The notes under the pieces were generated by a model that saw nothing but the letters and a program-made list of their open reading frames with translations, was not told where the DNA came from and made no database searches. From NCBI GenBank assembly GCA_947040435.1, contig CAMRBL010000001.1, positions 8,440 to 72,439 of the forward strand: a stretch of 64,000 bases of DNA, read 5' to 3'. Origin of the DNA: an uncultured Rikenellaceae bacterium. GTDB taxonomy: Bacteria > Bacteroidota > Bacteroidia > Bacteroidales > Rikenellaceae. The translations under genes were made by a program, and so were the position numbers. Positions 50,240 to 60,450 of the stretch are shown piece by piece; position 1 is the first letter of the stretch; every line of letters begins with the position of its first letter.

Positions 50240-50932
50240 CTAATGTTTTTTCAACTCCTCAATGAAGTCAGGATGCAGAATCCACAAATGTTCCGTTTGT
50301 AACCATAGCTCTCTAGCTAAAGACTCTCTCGATGGACGCTCCGTCTCAATATCATTAAGATACTCATTTGACACTGGGTGCTCATCAAGCTTAAACTCTT
50401 CGTAGTAGACATGAAAACTCTTCTTAAAGCGAATCATCTCACCTTCAGCTATTTTTCCTGTACGTCGATACTCACTCCAGATATTAAGGAGCTCTTTTTC
50501 CACATACTTGTCACTAATATCATTAATTATCTCATCATACAACTCATACTCCTCTAGTGCGATGTACGAGTATGCTAGTCTCTTTGTAGCCTCAAGATGA
50601 TCCTCTGGATCTAGCTCCAATATGAACTCTAACATAGCTGCACTCATCTCGAAATCACCTACTAAGAAGTGATCTATTGCAGAGTAATTTATTAATAAAA
50701 GTGCATTTTGATTCTCAATAGAGTCCCAATCAAGAGTGATCTCCTCATCATCTGGAATAGATTCCATAAGCTGCTGAAAAGCCTCGAAACGCATATTACA
50801 TGCAAGTTCAATATCTCCATCAAGTTCAAACTCCTTTGAACTCTCCAATATTTTGCCTAGATTAAACTGAGACGATGTATATTGTATTCTAAATGTATTC
50901 TCCGATGTCGGAGTCAGGCGTATTCCTGTCAT
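50240..50932 (-). CDS. Acidic cytoplasmic hypothetical protein
   Basis: A 230-aa ORF with good coding appearance, 8 nt downstream of the radical SAM gene. No family recognised. Confidence 0.5.
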   Translation of the reverse strand: MTGIRLTPTSENTFRIQYTSSQFNLGKILESSKEFELDGDIELACNMRFEAFQQLMESIPDDEEITLDWDSIENQNALLLINYSAIDHFLVGDFEMSAAMLEFILELDPEDHLEATKRLAYSYIALEEYELYDEIINDISDKYVEKELLNIWSEYRRTGKIAEGEMIRFKKSFHVYYEEFKLDEHPVSNEYLNDIETERPSRESLARELWLQTEHLWILHPDFIEELKKH

Positions 50933-51040
50933 ATTTTCCTAATATATTTTGCGAGTGCAAATATAGATATTATTGTTGAATTTACAGCCTATCGGCTATA
51001 TAAGTTACAATATAACCCTAAGATTATATCTATTAATTTA

Positions 51041-51075
51041 TAAAACTAAGCGAGGACCTCACAAGGTCTCTCGCT
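51041..51075 (-). terminator. Intrinsic terminator after the beta-barrel gene
   Basis: Arms AGCGAGGACCT and AGGTCTCTCGCT around a 4-nt loop (cac a) form an 11-bp stem with one bulged base, followed on the minus strand by UAGUUUUA. Confidence 0.5.
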
Positions 51076-51120
51076 AAAATTCAGTAAATCATGTAGAAGA
51101 AACCCTCTACAATAGTTAGA

Positions 51121-52845
51121 TTAAAATGCAATCTTTACTCCTGCGGTACAGTTTACTCCAATTGATTGGTAGTGATTATATTTATACAACTTACTTCCTA
51201 AGACGTTATTAGCTTCAAGAAATATTGTTGTTCTTCGACTAACATCGACATCTAACCCTACATTTAAATTGACTACGGGATCAACCTTCTCGACTAAAGT
51301 TGTTGGAGACGACGATCCAATAGCGCCCCCATCTATGGTAGCGTTATTTAATACATAGAAATATCTGTCTCCAATAAGTTGTGCACCGACCTTAGCTCTA
51401 AAGCTACTGCTGAATGCATAGTTCATATTCAACTCTGCATCATAATTCGCTCTACCCGATGCATGCTCAACATTATCCATTGAATACTTATAATAATTTG
51501 CCGAGACATCATAAAAAAATCGACTATTAATTCGTCCAACAACCTCGCCTCCAACAGTAAAGCATCCTCCATTATCCGTCAACGTAGGAACATGAACAAA
51601 TCTAGCTGTAGAACCTACTGTGTATAGATTTGCGACAACATGATAGTCTCTCAACAATGAGTAACCGACATTAAATTTATACTCTGTTGCTGGAGTAAAA
51701 TTACCCTTAACTCCCGCCATAAAGTCATAAAACTCACTGTTCTCAACAAATGGAAGAGGTAGAATATATGGATTTTCAGTAATATTATTTCTAAAGTTAT
51801 TACTATGTAAACGACTATCAATAGATACAAAAGGGATGATATAACTATTAGTTAACTTTAATTCAAAATCAAATTTAGGGAGAACTCTTACTTTAGTATC
51901 ATGCCCTTCAACATTATCAACCGCAATCTCAGCACCTAAACTCATTAAGATCTTTTCAGTCTCAAGTTTGTATTGGGGGGTAATACTAAAAATACTATTT
52001 CTATAATCGTTCAATTCATCCTTACCACTATATAGGTCATAATCAATAGCCAAAAGTAAAGTATGTTTTTCTGCAAATTCCTTACCCAACTTTAGTCCCA
52101 GATTAAACCCTAACTCCGCAGCATCAGCATTATCCTTTAAGTAGTAAAGATCTGCATCAACTCTAAAATTAAATTCGTCCATATCCGTAAAGTCATTTCC
52201 GAACCATATAGAGGCTTCAGGCGTTTGATAGCCAATTGTAGAGGCATTCAAGGGACCATAATCGTTATTCATCAACAGTATTCCAGGAATATAAAATTGC
52301 CCATAATCAGTGAATAGGTCATAATTGTAATCTATATTTCCACCTAATTCGATTCTGTCCCAACTCTTAGCACCAAATAGACTAAACTCATTATTCATAG
52401 TAGTTGAGCGAATTGAATTACCTAGATCATTTCTAATCTTTCCGTAATCTCCATTGTGGTTAATCGATGCTCCATACATAGACGTTTCACCATCACCACC
52501 AACATAATAACTATCCAATACCGTTCCGCTTGGGTAGCCCAATCCAGCCTTGACGTATAGAAAAGGGTACTCTTTAAAAGAAGCACTCCTAAGTTTTACT
52601 GGATTAATCGCAGTAATGCCAAAGTTCCCAAGCCATGCCGTCGAAGTTATTGAGTAGTCGATCTCAGGTCTCAAAGAGACAGTATCAACCATTCTCGGTG
52701 CGACAGATAACTTTACAGCTCTATTTACATCGGGGATATAATCTTTTGTTACCTCTACTTGTTTCTCAAGCTCCTCACTTCTATCTTGAGCCGAAGCAGT
52801 GAAAAAAGACAAAACTAGAATCAATATAATTGATAATTTTTTCAT
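51121..52845 (-). CDS. Outer-membrane beta-barrel protein (putative porin-like)
   Basis: Signal peptide (…FFTASAQ), alternating-hydrophobic beta-strand pattern throughout, and a C-terminal …AGVKIAF beta-signal ending in Phe. Confidence 0.6.
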   Translation of the reverse strand: MKKLSIILILVLSFFTASAQDRSEELEKQVEVTKDYIPDVNRAVKLSVAPRMVDTVSLRPEIDYSITSTAWLGNFGITAINPVKLRSASFKEYPFLYVKAGLGYPSGTVLDSYYVGGDGETSMYGASINHNGDYGKIRNDLGNSIRSTTMNNEFSLFGAKSWDRIELGGNIDYNYDLFTDYGQFYIPGILLMNNDYGPLNASTIGYQTPEASIWFGNDFTDMDEFNFRVDADLYYLKDNADAAELGFNLGLKLGKEFAEKHTLLLAIDYDLYSGKDELNDYRNSIFSITPQYKLETEKILMSLGAEIAVDNVEGHDTKVRVLPKFDFELKLTNSYIIPFVSIDSRLHSNNFRNNITENPYILPLPFVENSEFYDFMAGVKGNFTPATEYKFNVGYSLLRDYHVVANLYTVGSTARFVHVPTLTDNGGCFTVGGEVVGRINSRFFYDVSANYYKYSMDNVEHASGRANYDAELNMNYAFSSSFRAKVGAQLIGDRYFYVLNNATIDGGAIGSSSPTTLVEKVDPVVNLNVGLDVDVSRRTTIFLEANNVLGSKLYKYNHYQSIGVNCTAGVKIAF

Positions 52846-52905
52846 ATGATTAGGGAATATTAATTTCGTTTTCTATAAAATCTCAATTTATAACACTATA
52901 AAACT

Positions 52906-55900
52906 CTATTGTACTGTTGCAGTCTCACTTGGAGCGACCTCAATTGAGGTCGTATCCGCTGACACAGGCTCTTTTGGAGTCTCTTCTTTAATCGTTTCAA
53001 GGTTTTTGATACGCTCTAAAGCTGCATCCACAACCCCATCATCCGAAGGAGAGTATCCGTCCACAATACTTTGCAGAGTTGCTCGTGCTTGGAAAATATC
53101 CTTTTTAGCAATATAAGTATCACCTAGAATAACAAAGGCTCTACCCAACCAATATGAGTGAGTTGTGTTTGATCCAGATAGAGCTAATACTAATTTCTCA
53201 GCCTCATCATAGCGTTTTTTATTGAAACGATCCTCAATAACCATATACGCAGACTCTGCACCATAAGAGCTCTTAGGTTTAGCACTTAGCTCCTCATATA
53301 TTGCAAGAGCAGATTTTGTATCATCTCTTTTCGTAAATATTTTAGCCTTATCAAATTTTGCTAAGTTACGAACTTCAACAGTTGAAGTTGGGGCTGAAAT
53401 AACATACTCACACGCTGCCATAAGGTCATCATCATTACCTAACATCTCAACACTCTTTAAGTAGCCTTCAAGTGCTTTTGAAGATGTAGTTGGATTAACT
53501 GCTACTTCCGATAATTTTCGGTAAGCGTCTCGACTTATATCATATTTTTTATTCTCAAACGATAGAACTGACAACTTCTCTAATCCTCTTACAGTATACT
53601 CATTATGGTGTAATGAATCTAACCTTTGAAGTGTAGATATTGCCCCATCAATCTCTTTGTCTCTCAACTGGCAAACATAGTAGTAATAGAGTGCATTAGG
53701 AACAAATATACCCTTTTCAAAATCTGCAATATACTCTCCAATCGCCTGTTTTGCCTTTGGGTTACCCGATGCATACAACCTCTCAACCGCACTAAATGAT
53801 AGTGAATCACGCTCAATTGCCCCTATTTCGGTAATGACACCGCTCTCTTCAACAAAATCAACATATCCATCAACATCATTCGAGTTTACGTACATCCCTT
53901 TAAGTCCAATCATTGCGTCTTTAGCCTTTGTAGAGTTAGGAGCTGAACCAACGACCATTTTGTAATACTTCATAGCCATTGCATCGTCACCTAAATTCTC
54001 ATAGACAAGACCCAATTCAGAGATAGCATTAATATACTCTGGTGACGTTGGATAGCGCTGAACAAATCTCTCCAAAGTATTAGCACCCTCTTTGTATCTC
54101 TCTTGCCCTATATATGTACGCCCTAGCTCATACATAGCGTCATCAACATAATCTCCATTACCAGCAGAGATGATACTCTTTAATGACTCTATTTTTGCTG
54201 CAGTTTGTTTTATAAGACCTTGCATGATTGCTCTTTGGTACTGAGCATAGAATCTCTCAGGAGTTCCAAACTTAGATACCAAGCTGTATGTATCAAAGGC
54301 TTTAACATAAGATGTCGCACTAAAATATGCATCTCCCAATCGGTTCAAAGCGTCTGCTCTGTAACTGTCACTCTTTTTATACGCAGACAAGAACGTCTCC
54401 ATAGAGCTAACAACATTAGCCCACTCTTGCATATTAAAATAGCAGTAGCCCAAGCTGTAATTCGTCATAGTATGCTCTACTTCAGAGCTTGGAGACAACC
54501 TCTGATATACTTTATACTTCGTGATAGCACCCTTATAATCACCCTTTCTGTATAGAATCTCTGCCATCCAGAAAGACGCTAGAGCAGTGTACTTAGGGTT
54601 AAACCTATTACTTGCCGACTTATCCAACAGTTCATATGCTTTCGTGTCGTCTCCTTCATTAAAGAACTCCAAAGCCCTAAAATATGTAATTTTCTGCATT
54701 GCAGCTCTCACATTATTATCTGGATTTGGGATCAACTGAATCGCATCGTATGCCGCTTCATAATTATTAGAGTTATAATATGCCGAAACTAGATACTCTC
54801 TAACTTTTTCAATCCTAATCGATTCAGGATAAGTTGTAATATACTTTTGCAGAACATTTATCGCCTCATTAAATACGCCACCACCCAATTCATACTGAAG
54901 TTTTCCATAGTTAAATAGAGCATCCTCTGCAATAACTTTATTGAATTTTGCCTCTGAAGCCATCGAGAATGATGCTATTGCATTTCGTCTATCACCCATC
55001 CTCAAGAAGCAATCTGCAAGATGATATGCAGCATTTTGTGTAAGCTCATCATTTGGGCCACAAGCCTTTTGAAGACTACCTACTGCTTTATCATAATTTT
55101 GCATCTTATAGGTACAAAAGCCAAGTAGGTACATCTCTTGACGCCCCATCTTACCATCTAACTCCTGATAGTTTACGATATAATCTAATGCTTTTGAGTA
55201 GTCTCCTAAATTGAACCACGATTGAGCAAGTACCCTTGCAATCTCTTTTGCTCTCTCACCATGCACTGCGTTTAACAGCTCAACTCCGTTTTCAACTACA
55301 TATTGATGATTATTTTGTAGAAACTCTATCTGTAATATATAGAATGGAATAATGTCACTATATGCCTCTTCACTAGATAGCTCTGCAAATTGAGATTTTG
55401 CTTCATTATAGTTACCTTCAATATAATTCATGTAAGCCATGTGATACTTCACATGAGATGCATATTTACTATTTACACCTACACGACTGAACTCTTTATA
55501 CGCTTTTTCATACTCTTGACTATTAAATAGAGAGTGCCCTAATCTAAAATAGAACTCATCCTTAGCATCTTTTGTTAAGTCATGATTTTCAATCGCCAAA
55601 TATGTATTTGCGGCATCTACGTAGTCCCCTCTCATATAGAATATATGACCTAACATTATATTTATTTGATCTAAATATATTGAATTAGGATAGTTAGATA
55701 TGAAATTTAAAATCTCTTGTTCTGCACTCTGCTGGGATAGCTGTGCGGCACACATAACTCTATAAAAGTCTACTTTTTCGCCATTCAAATGCTCTATCTC
55801 ATCCGTATGAGCCTTCTCGAACTCAAACTGAGCAGCACTATACATCTGTTTTTCGTACAGCTCCACTCCTCTATAAAAAGAGCTATACTTAGTAGGTTGT

Positions 55901-55956
55901 CCGTATATTGATACGGAGATAGTAAGTAGTAATAAAATCAAATAATTTTGACGCAT
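52906..55956 (-). CDS. Large secreted tetratricopeptide repeat protein (about 1016 aa)
   Basis: Signal peptide from the ATG at 55956 (MRQNYLILLLLTISVSIYGQ), with TPR-like A/Y/L periodicity over the whole length. The track's N-terminal extension runs into the palindromic element and is rejected. Confidence 0.75.
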   Translation of the reverse strand: MRQNYLILLLLTISVSIYGQPTKYSSFYRGVELYEKQMYSAAQFEFEKAHTDEIEHLNGEKVDFYRVMCAAQLSQQSAEQEILNFISNYPNSIYLDQINIMLGHIFYMRGDYVDAANTYLAIENHDLTKDAKDEFYFRLGHSLFNSQEYEKAYKEFSRVGVNSKYASHVKYHMAYMNYIEGNYNEAKSQFAELSSEEAYSDIIPFYILQIEFLQNNHQYVVENGVELLNAVHGERAKEIARVLAQSWFNLGDYSKALDYIVNYQELDGKMGRQEMYLLGFCTYKMQNYDKAVGSLQKACGPNDELTQNAAYHLADCFLRMGDRRNAIASFSMASEAKFNKVIAEDALFNYGKLQYELGGGVFNEAINVLQKYITTYPESIRIEKVREYLVSAYYNSNNYEAAYDAIQLIPNPDNNVRAAMQKITYFRALEFFNEGDDTKAYELLDKSASNRFNPKYTALASFWMAEILYRKGDYKGAITKYKVYQRLSPSSEVEHTMTNYSLGYCYFNMQEWANVVSSMETFLSAYKKSDSYRADALNRLGDAYFSATSYVKAFDTYSLVSKFGTPERFYAQYQRAIMQGLIKQTAAKIESLKSIISAGNGDYVDDAMYELGRTYIGQERYKEGANTLERFVQRYPTSPEYINAISELGLVYENLGDDAMAMKYYKMVVGSAPNSTKAKDAMIGLKGMYVNSNDVDGYVDFVEESGVITEIGAIERDSLSFSAVERLYASGNPKAKQAIGEYIADFEKGIFVPNALYYYYVCQLRDKEIDGAISTLQRLDSLHHNEYTVRGLEKLSVLSFENKKYDISRDAYRKLSEVAVNPTTSSKALEGYLKSVEMLGNDDDLMAACEYVISAPTSTVEVRNLAKFDKAKIFTKRDDTKSALAIYEELSAKPKSSYGAESAYMVIEDRFNKKRYDEAEKLVLALSGSNTTHSYWLGRAFVILGDTYIAKKDIFQARATLQSIVDGYSPSDDGVVDAALERIKNLETIKEETPKEPVSADTTSIEVAPSETATVQ

Positions 55957-56040
55957 AATATAATATATTAAGATAAAGGGTGATGAAAATGTAATCTTTC
56001 TCACACCCATCACTTTCACAAAAGTATGAAAATATAATGA

Positions 56041-56096
56041 GGAAAACGAAGTTTTCAAAGAAGTTTTATTAAACTTTTTTGAAAACTTCGTTTTCC
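56041..56096. repeat. Palindromic intergenic element, full copy (strongest member)
   Basis: GGAAAACGAAGTTTTCAAAGAAGTTT-tatt-AAACTTTTTTGAAAACTTCGTTTTCC forms a 26-bp stem with a single G.T. It lies between the TolC-like gene stop and the TPR gene start. Confidence 0.8.
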
Positions 56097-56107
56097 TTCT
56101 CGCAACC

Positions 56108-57391
56108 TTAGAATGTCAAATTACCAACTGCTCTTCTGTATTGTGCCTTGGATACCTTATAGTTATATCCTGCCGTTATTGCATTGGTGTAGAGTTGCAA
56201 CCAAGACAGCTGAGCCGAGAGGACATCTGAGATAGGTATCTGCCCCTCATTGTAACTATACGTATTAAGCTCTAAGTTATCCCTACCTAGTTGTAGATTA
56301 ACCACAGATTTATCTACCTGCTGACCGCTCCGCTCAATAGAGACCCAAGCAACATCCTCCTCTTGAATGATATCGTCTTTCATATTATCACTCTCCAATT
56401 TTGAATTAAGGTATTTATTTCGAGCAATATTCACAATATTACGACGCTCTCCCCATGCGAATATTGGAACCGAGACCCTTACAAACAGATAAGCATCAAG
56501 TCGAGTTCCTCCTCTTACATTGGGGGTATTACTTCGCCATGCTCCACTAACACCGCCAACTACTTGAGGATTATATGCAGACCTTGATGATTTAACTCCA
56601 TACTTCTCATATTCAACACGCTTTATTGAGGCAGAGTAATCGGCTCTATACTCAAGAAGGCTATCCTCCTCTATTCGTTGCGGCAGAACAGAGACAATCA
56701 TAACATCTGCATCTATTTTATATGGTGTGTCCAAATCAACGCCCATTAGCGTATTAAAGTTACTCAAAGATATATCGTACGTCTCTTGTGCACTAATAAG
56801 AGAGAACTCAGCCTCTCCCAATCGCACATCTGTCATTAAGAGATCACGCTTACTTATATACCCATCCTCAAAGCGAAGTTCAATAATCCCCCTAAGCTCT
56901 TTGATTATCTCCACATACTGCTTCGATGCATCCAAATAGGCTCTATTTGAAGCCAAATTCCAATAAGCATACTCTGCGGCATATATAATTTCAGACACAG
57001 TATATAGAGTAGCCATTTTTGCCATATCTAGCTCAATCTGAACACGCTTATAATTATTCTGAACGCTATGCCCTCCATATATTGTCTGTATTATTTGTGG
57101 TTGCAATGTGAATGAATATGGTTTCAATTTGGCATTAATATCTCCAATTTGCATCGTCTTCTCTATTACATTCAACGAAAAATCCCCCGTAGCATTTAAT
57201 GATGGTAGAAATGCTTTTTTCAGAGCACTCTTTTTCTCTTCCAGCGACATCTCTGCCAACACATCCACTTCAATCTCATAGCTATCTGCCAAAACTGCAT
57301 CACGATACATCTCTAGCGAGATGACCTCCTGAGCAAAAGAGCTCCCCACAATAAAGAGATACCCTAAACATATTATCAATACTCTCTTCAT
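56108..57391 (-). CDS. TolC-family outer membrane efflux protein
   Basis: Signal peptide and two-repeat helical/beta pattern. Last gene of the MFP-RND-OMP operon. Confidence 0.8.
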   Translation of the reverse strand: MKRVLIICLGYLFIVGSSFAQEVISLEMYRDAVLADSYEIEVDVLAEMSLEEKKSALKKAFLPSLNATGDFSLNVIEKTMQIGDINAKLKPYSFTLQPQIIQTIYGGHSVQNNYKRVQIELDMAKMATLYTVSEIIYAAEYAYWNLASNRAYLDASKQYVEIIKELRGIIELRFEDGYISKRDLLMTDVRLGEAEFSLISAQETYDISLSNFNTLMGVDLDTPYKIDADVMIVSVLPQRIEEDSLLEYRADYSASIKRVEYEKYGVKSSRSAYNPQVVGGVSGAWRSNTPNVRGGTRLDAYLFVRVSVPIFAWGERRNIVNIARNKYLNSKLESDNMKDDIIQEEDVAWVSIERSGQQVDKSVVNLQLGRDNLELNTYSYNEGQIPISDVLSAQLSWLQLYTNAITAGYNYKVSKAQYRRAVGNLTF

Positions 57392-57396
57392 AAGGT

Positions 57397-60300
57397 TTAA
57401 TTTTTAGGTACTTTAATTTTGAAAAATAGTGCGTATGTAATTGGCAATACTAATATAGTGAGTAGTGTTGCAACAAACAATCCTCCCATTATGGTAGCCG
57501 CCATACCTCCAAACATTGAGTCAAACAGAAGAGGTAACATACCAAGTATCGTTGTTCCTGACGCCATAACAACAGGAATTATACGAGAGCGTGTTGCACT
57601 CATCAACGCCTCATAAGGCTCCTTACCCTCTGCCGCCTCTACATCAATTTGATCGACCAAGACTATGGCATTTTTTATATTCATCCCGACCAGTCCTAAC
57701 AACCCAAGCATTGCAAAGAAGTCAAACATCTTACCCATTACCAACAGCCCAAGAACAACTCCAATAAATACCATCGGAACCATTAGTAATATCACTGCTG
57801 GTTTTTTATAATCCTTAAACAGAAGCAGTAACGTTATAAAGATCAATATAAATGTCAGTGGCATATTTGCTGCTAGAGCAGAGTTAGATTGCTCCTGCGA
57901 CTCCTCCTCACCAAAAATCTTAAATACATATCCCTCAGGGATAACGACATCACTTTGTACTCTATCGTAAATCTGAGTAAACAGCTCCTTTGTGTTGACA
58001 CCTCTTTGCGGATCACACTGCGCCATCATCACTTTCTGGCGATTATATCTCTTTATTTGATTAAATTCATATGAGTAGTCGAAACTAGTAACAACCTGCT
58101 CCAATGGCTGAACCACTCCTTTAGGGGTCATAATTGGAACTGTTCGCATATTACTCAAATCATAGCCCTTCATATTTTCATCTCTCATCAATATTGGCAT
58201 AAACTGATCCTTACGCCTAAAGACTCCAACATTGTATCCATTAGTAGCAAGATTCAACTCCTTAGCCACGCTCTCTCTATTGATCCCAACCCTTGCACCT
58301 TTAACCTGCGAGTAATTTGGTGCCCACGTTGGCACTCTATTCCCCCAACTATTTCGCACCTTATCACTTCCGGGAATATCTTTCATTATAGCCTCCACTC
58401 TTGAGGTCAGTGCGATAAGTGTATCAACATTATCCCCGATAAATCCCATTTCTATTGAAGCCTCCACTGCTGGCGAGAGTTTGAATAGTGACGAGCGGAG
58501 CAATATATCTGGATAATTAGATGAGACATACTCATTAAATCTAGACTCTAACACATTAGTTGAGTCTTTAGTTGTAAGCTCAACAAGAATATTGGCAAAG
58601 TTAGGCTTAGGACCAAAAGAGCTACTCGCTAAGTAGTATCTAGGTGGCGAACTCCCCATTGTTATAGATACGTTCTTGACCGCTGGCTGCTCTACCAACC
58701 ACTCTTCAACACTCTTCATATTCCTCTCCATGTACCTAATATTATACCCTTCAGGCATAAAACAATCGGCTCTAAAGTATGGTTTATCCAGATTTGGGAA
58801 GAAGTTCTGCGGCATAGTCCCCATAATGACAAGAGACAAAACAAACAGACCAACAACCCCCATAAGAGTTAGAACTCTATGTCTAAGTAGAGTTGATAGT
58901 AGCGAATCAAAACTCTTATAGAATTTTGATGTATATGGCTCTTTCACACTATCTGGGCTGACTTCTTTTAGCATAAACGAGCCAAACAGAGGCGTTTGAC
59001 TAAGAGCAAGAACCCAACTTAATATTAATGATATGGCAAGAACAACAAATAATGGCTTAACAATCTCTGCAACCGAAGATGGCGCAAGATAGAGTGGCAA
59101 GAATGAACAAATAGCTATAACCGTGGCCCCAAGGAGTCCCCACTGAGGAGCAACAGCACCATTTATTAGAGCTTCTCTCCGCTTAACCCCTCTCTGCATA
59201 CTAACCATTGCATTGTCCGCCACAACAATTGCATTATCGACCAACATCCCCATTGCAATTATAAATCCCGCTAAAGAGGTTCGATTAAGCCCCTCTCCAA
59301 CAAACATCATTATTAATAGAGTTCCCCCAATGGAGAACAACAGAGAGCTACCAATTAAAATCCCCGCACGAAGCCCCATAACAAGCATAATCACAAGGAT
59401 TACGATCAGTATAGACTCCATAAGGTTGACAATAAATATATTATTTGCCTCACGTGCAATTACATTTTCTGGGTAGAGTGCGACAAGTTCTATCCCGATT
59501 GGCATCTGCGCATAAATTTTATCCAACGCCTCAGTCACCCTATCACCAACCTCGACAACATTCTCGCCTTGATTAGTTGACACACCAATTCCGATACCTC
59601 TCTCTCCATTAACACGCATCAAAGTAGCGGGAGGTTCTAAATACCCCTCTTCAACCGTTACAATATCACCCAATCTTATCTGACGACCACTCTTCATGGT
59701 CAACACCTGATCTGCAATATCATCGATACTTCCGTATGTTCCCGACTCTACGATTTTAATCTGCATACTCCCCGCAACTTTTTCGCCACTATTAATTAGG
59801 GTGTTCTGCACTCTGAGAATTGCGACTATCTCATCTAATGATATAGCCAATTTACTCAACTCAGAGAGAGTAATAGAGAGGTTCACAACAGGGACTTGCT
59901 CTCCGTACAGAGTAATCTTCTGTACTCCTGGTATGGTCACGAGCTCTTTTTTTACCAACTGCGCCCAATCTCTCAACTCATCAGAGCTAAAACCCTCATC
60001 GGCAGTCAAGCCATAGTATATTCCAAACACATCACCGAAGTCATCCGACACACTTATAGATGAAGCTCCTTGCGGCAGCTGTGGCTGTACATTGAGAACT
60101 TTCCTACGCAACTCATCCCACATTTGAGGCATATCCTCTGAGTTTGTCGCAGGATCAAGCTCTATCATTATCTTAGACGACCCATAGTATGAGTCCGAAC
60201 TTATCTTATAGACATTTCGCATTGTCTGAATCTCTCTCTCAATAGGCTCTGTAATTAGCCTCTCAACTTCGTCTGGAGTTGCTCCTGGATACCTAGTAAT

Positions 60301-60447
60301 GATTGCCGCAGTTTTAATAACAAACGGAGAGTCCTCCTTCTTTGGTAGTTCATTAAAGGCAATAACCCCTCCAATCAACATCACAGCAAGAAAGAACCAA
60401 ATAACCTTACTATTATCTAACGAATATTTAGGTATATTCATAATCAA
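57397..60447 (-). CDS. RND efflux transporter permease (AcrB/HAE1-like)
   Basis: 1016 aa with a 12-TM layout and two large periplasmic loops, including …AGFIIAMGMLVDNAIVV…. Confidence 0.9.
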   Translation of the reverse strand: MIMNIPKYSLDNSKVIWFFLAVMLIGGVIAFNELPKKEDSPFVIKTAAIITRYPGATPDEVERLITEPIEREIQTMRNVYKISSDSYYGSSKIMIELDPATNSEDMPQMWDELRRKVLNVQPQLPQGASSISVSDDFGDVFGIYYGLTADEGFSSDELRDWAQLVKKELVTIPGVQKITLYGEQVPVVNLSITLSELSKLAISLDEIVAILRVQNTLINSGEKVAGSMQIKIVESGTYGSIDDIADQVLTMKSGRQIRLGDIVTVEEGYLEPPATLMRVNGERGIGIGVSTNQGENVVEVGDRVTEALDKIYAQMPIGIELVALYPENVIAREANNIFIVNLMESILIVILVIMLVMGLRAGILIGSSLLFSIGGTLLIMMFVGEGLNRTSLAGFIIAMGMLVDNAIVVADNAMVSMQRGVKRREALINGAVAPQWGLLGATVIAICSFLPLYLAPSSVAEIVKPLFVVLAISLILSWVLALSQTPLFGSFMLKEVSPDSVKEPYTSKFYKSFDSLLSTLLRHRVLTLMGVVGLFVLSLVIMGTMPQNFFPNLDKPYFRADCFMPEGYNIRYMERNMKSVEEWLVEQPAVKNVSITMGSSPPRYYLASSSFGPKPNFANILVELTTKDSTNVLESRFNEYVSSNYPDILLRSSLFKLSPAVEASIEMGFIGDNVDTLIALTSRVEAIMKDIPGSDKVRNSWGNRVPTWAPNYSQVKGARVGINRESVAKELNLATNGYNVGVFRRKDQFMPILMRDENMKGYDLSNMRTVPIMTPKGVVQPLEQVVTSFDYSYEFNQIKRYNRQKVMMAQCDPQRGVNTKELFTQIYDRVQSDVVIPEGYVFKIFGEEESQEQSNSALAANMPLTFILIFITLLLLFKDYKKPAVILLMVPMVFIGVVLGLLVMGKMFDFFAMLGLLGLVGMNIKNAIVLVDQIDVEAAEGKEPYEALMSATRSRIIPVVMASGTTILGMLPLLFDSMFGGMAATIMGGLFVATLLTILVLPITYALFFKIKVPKN

Positions 60448-60450
60448 TAA

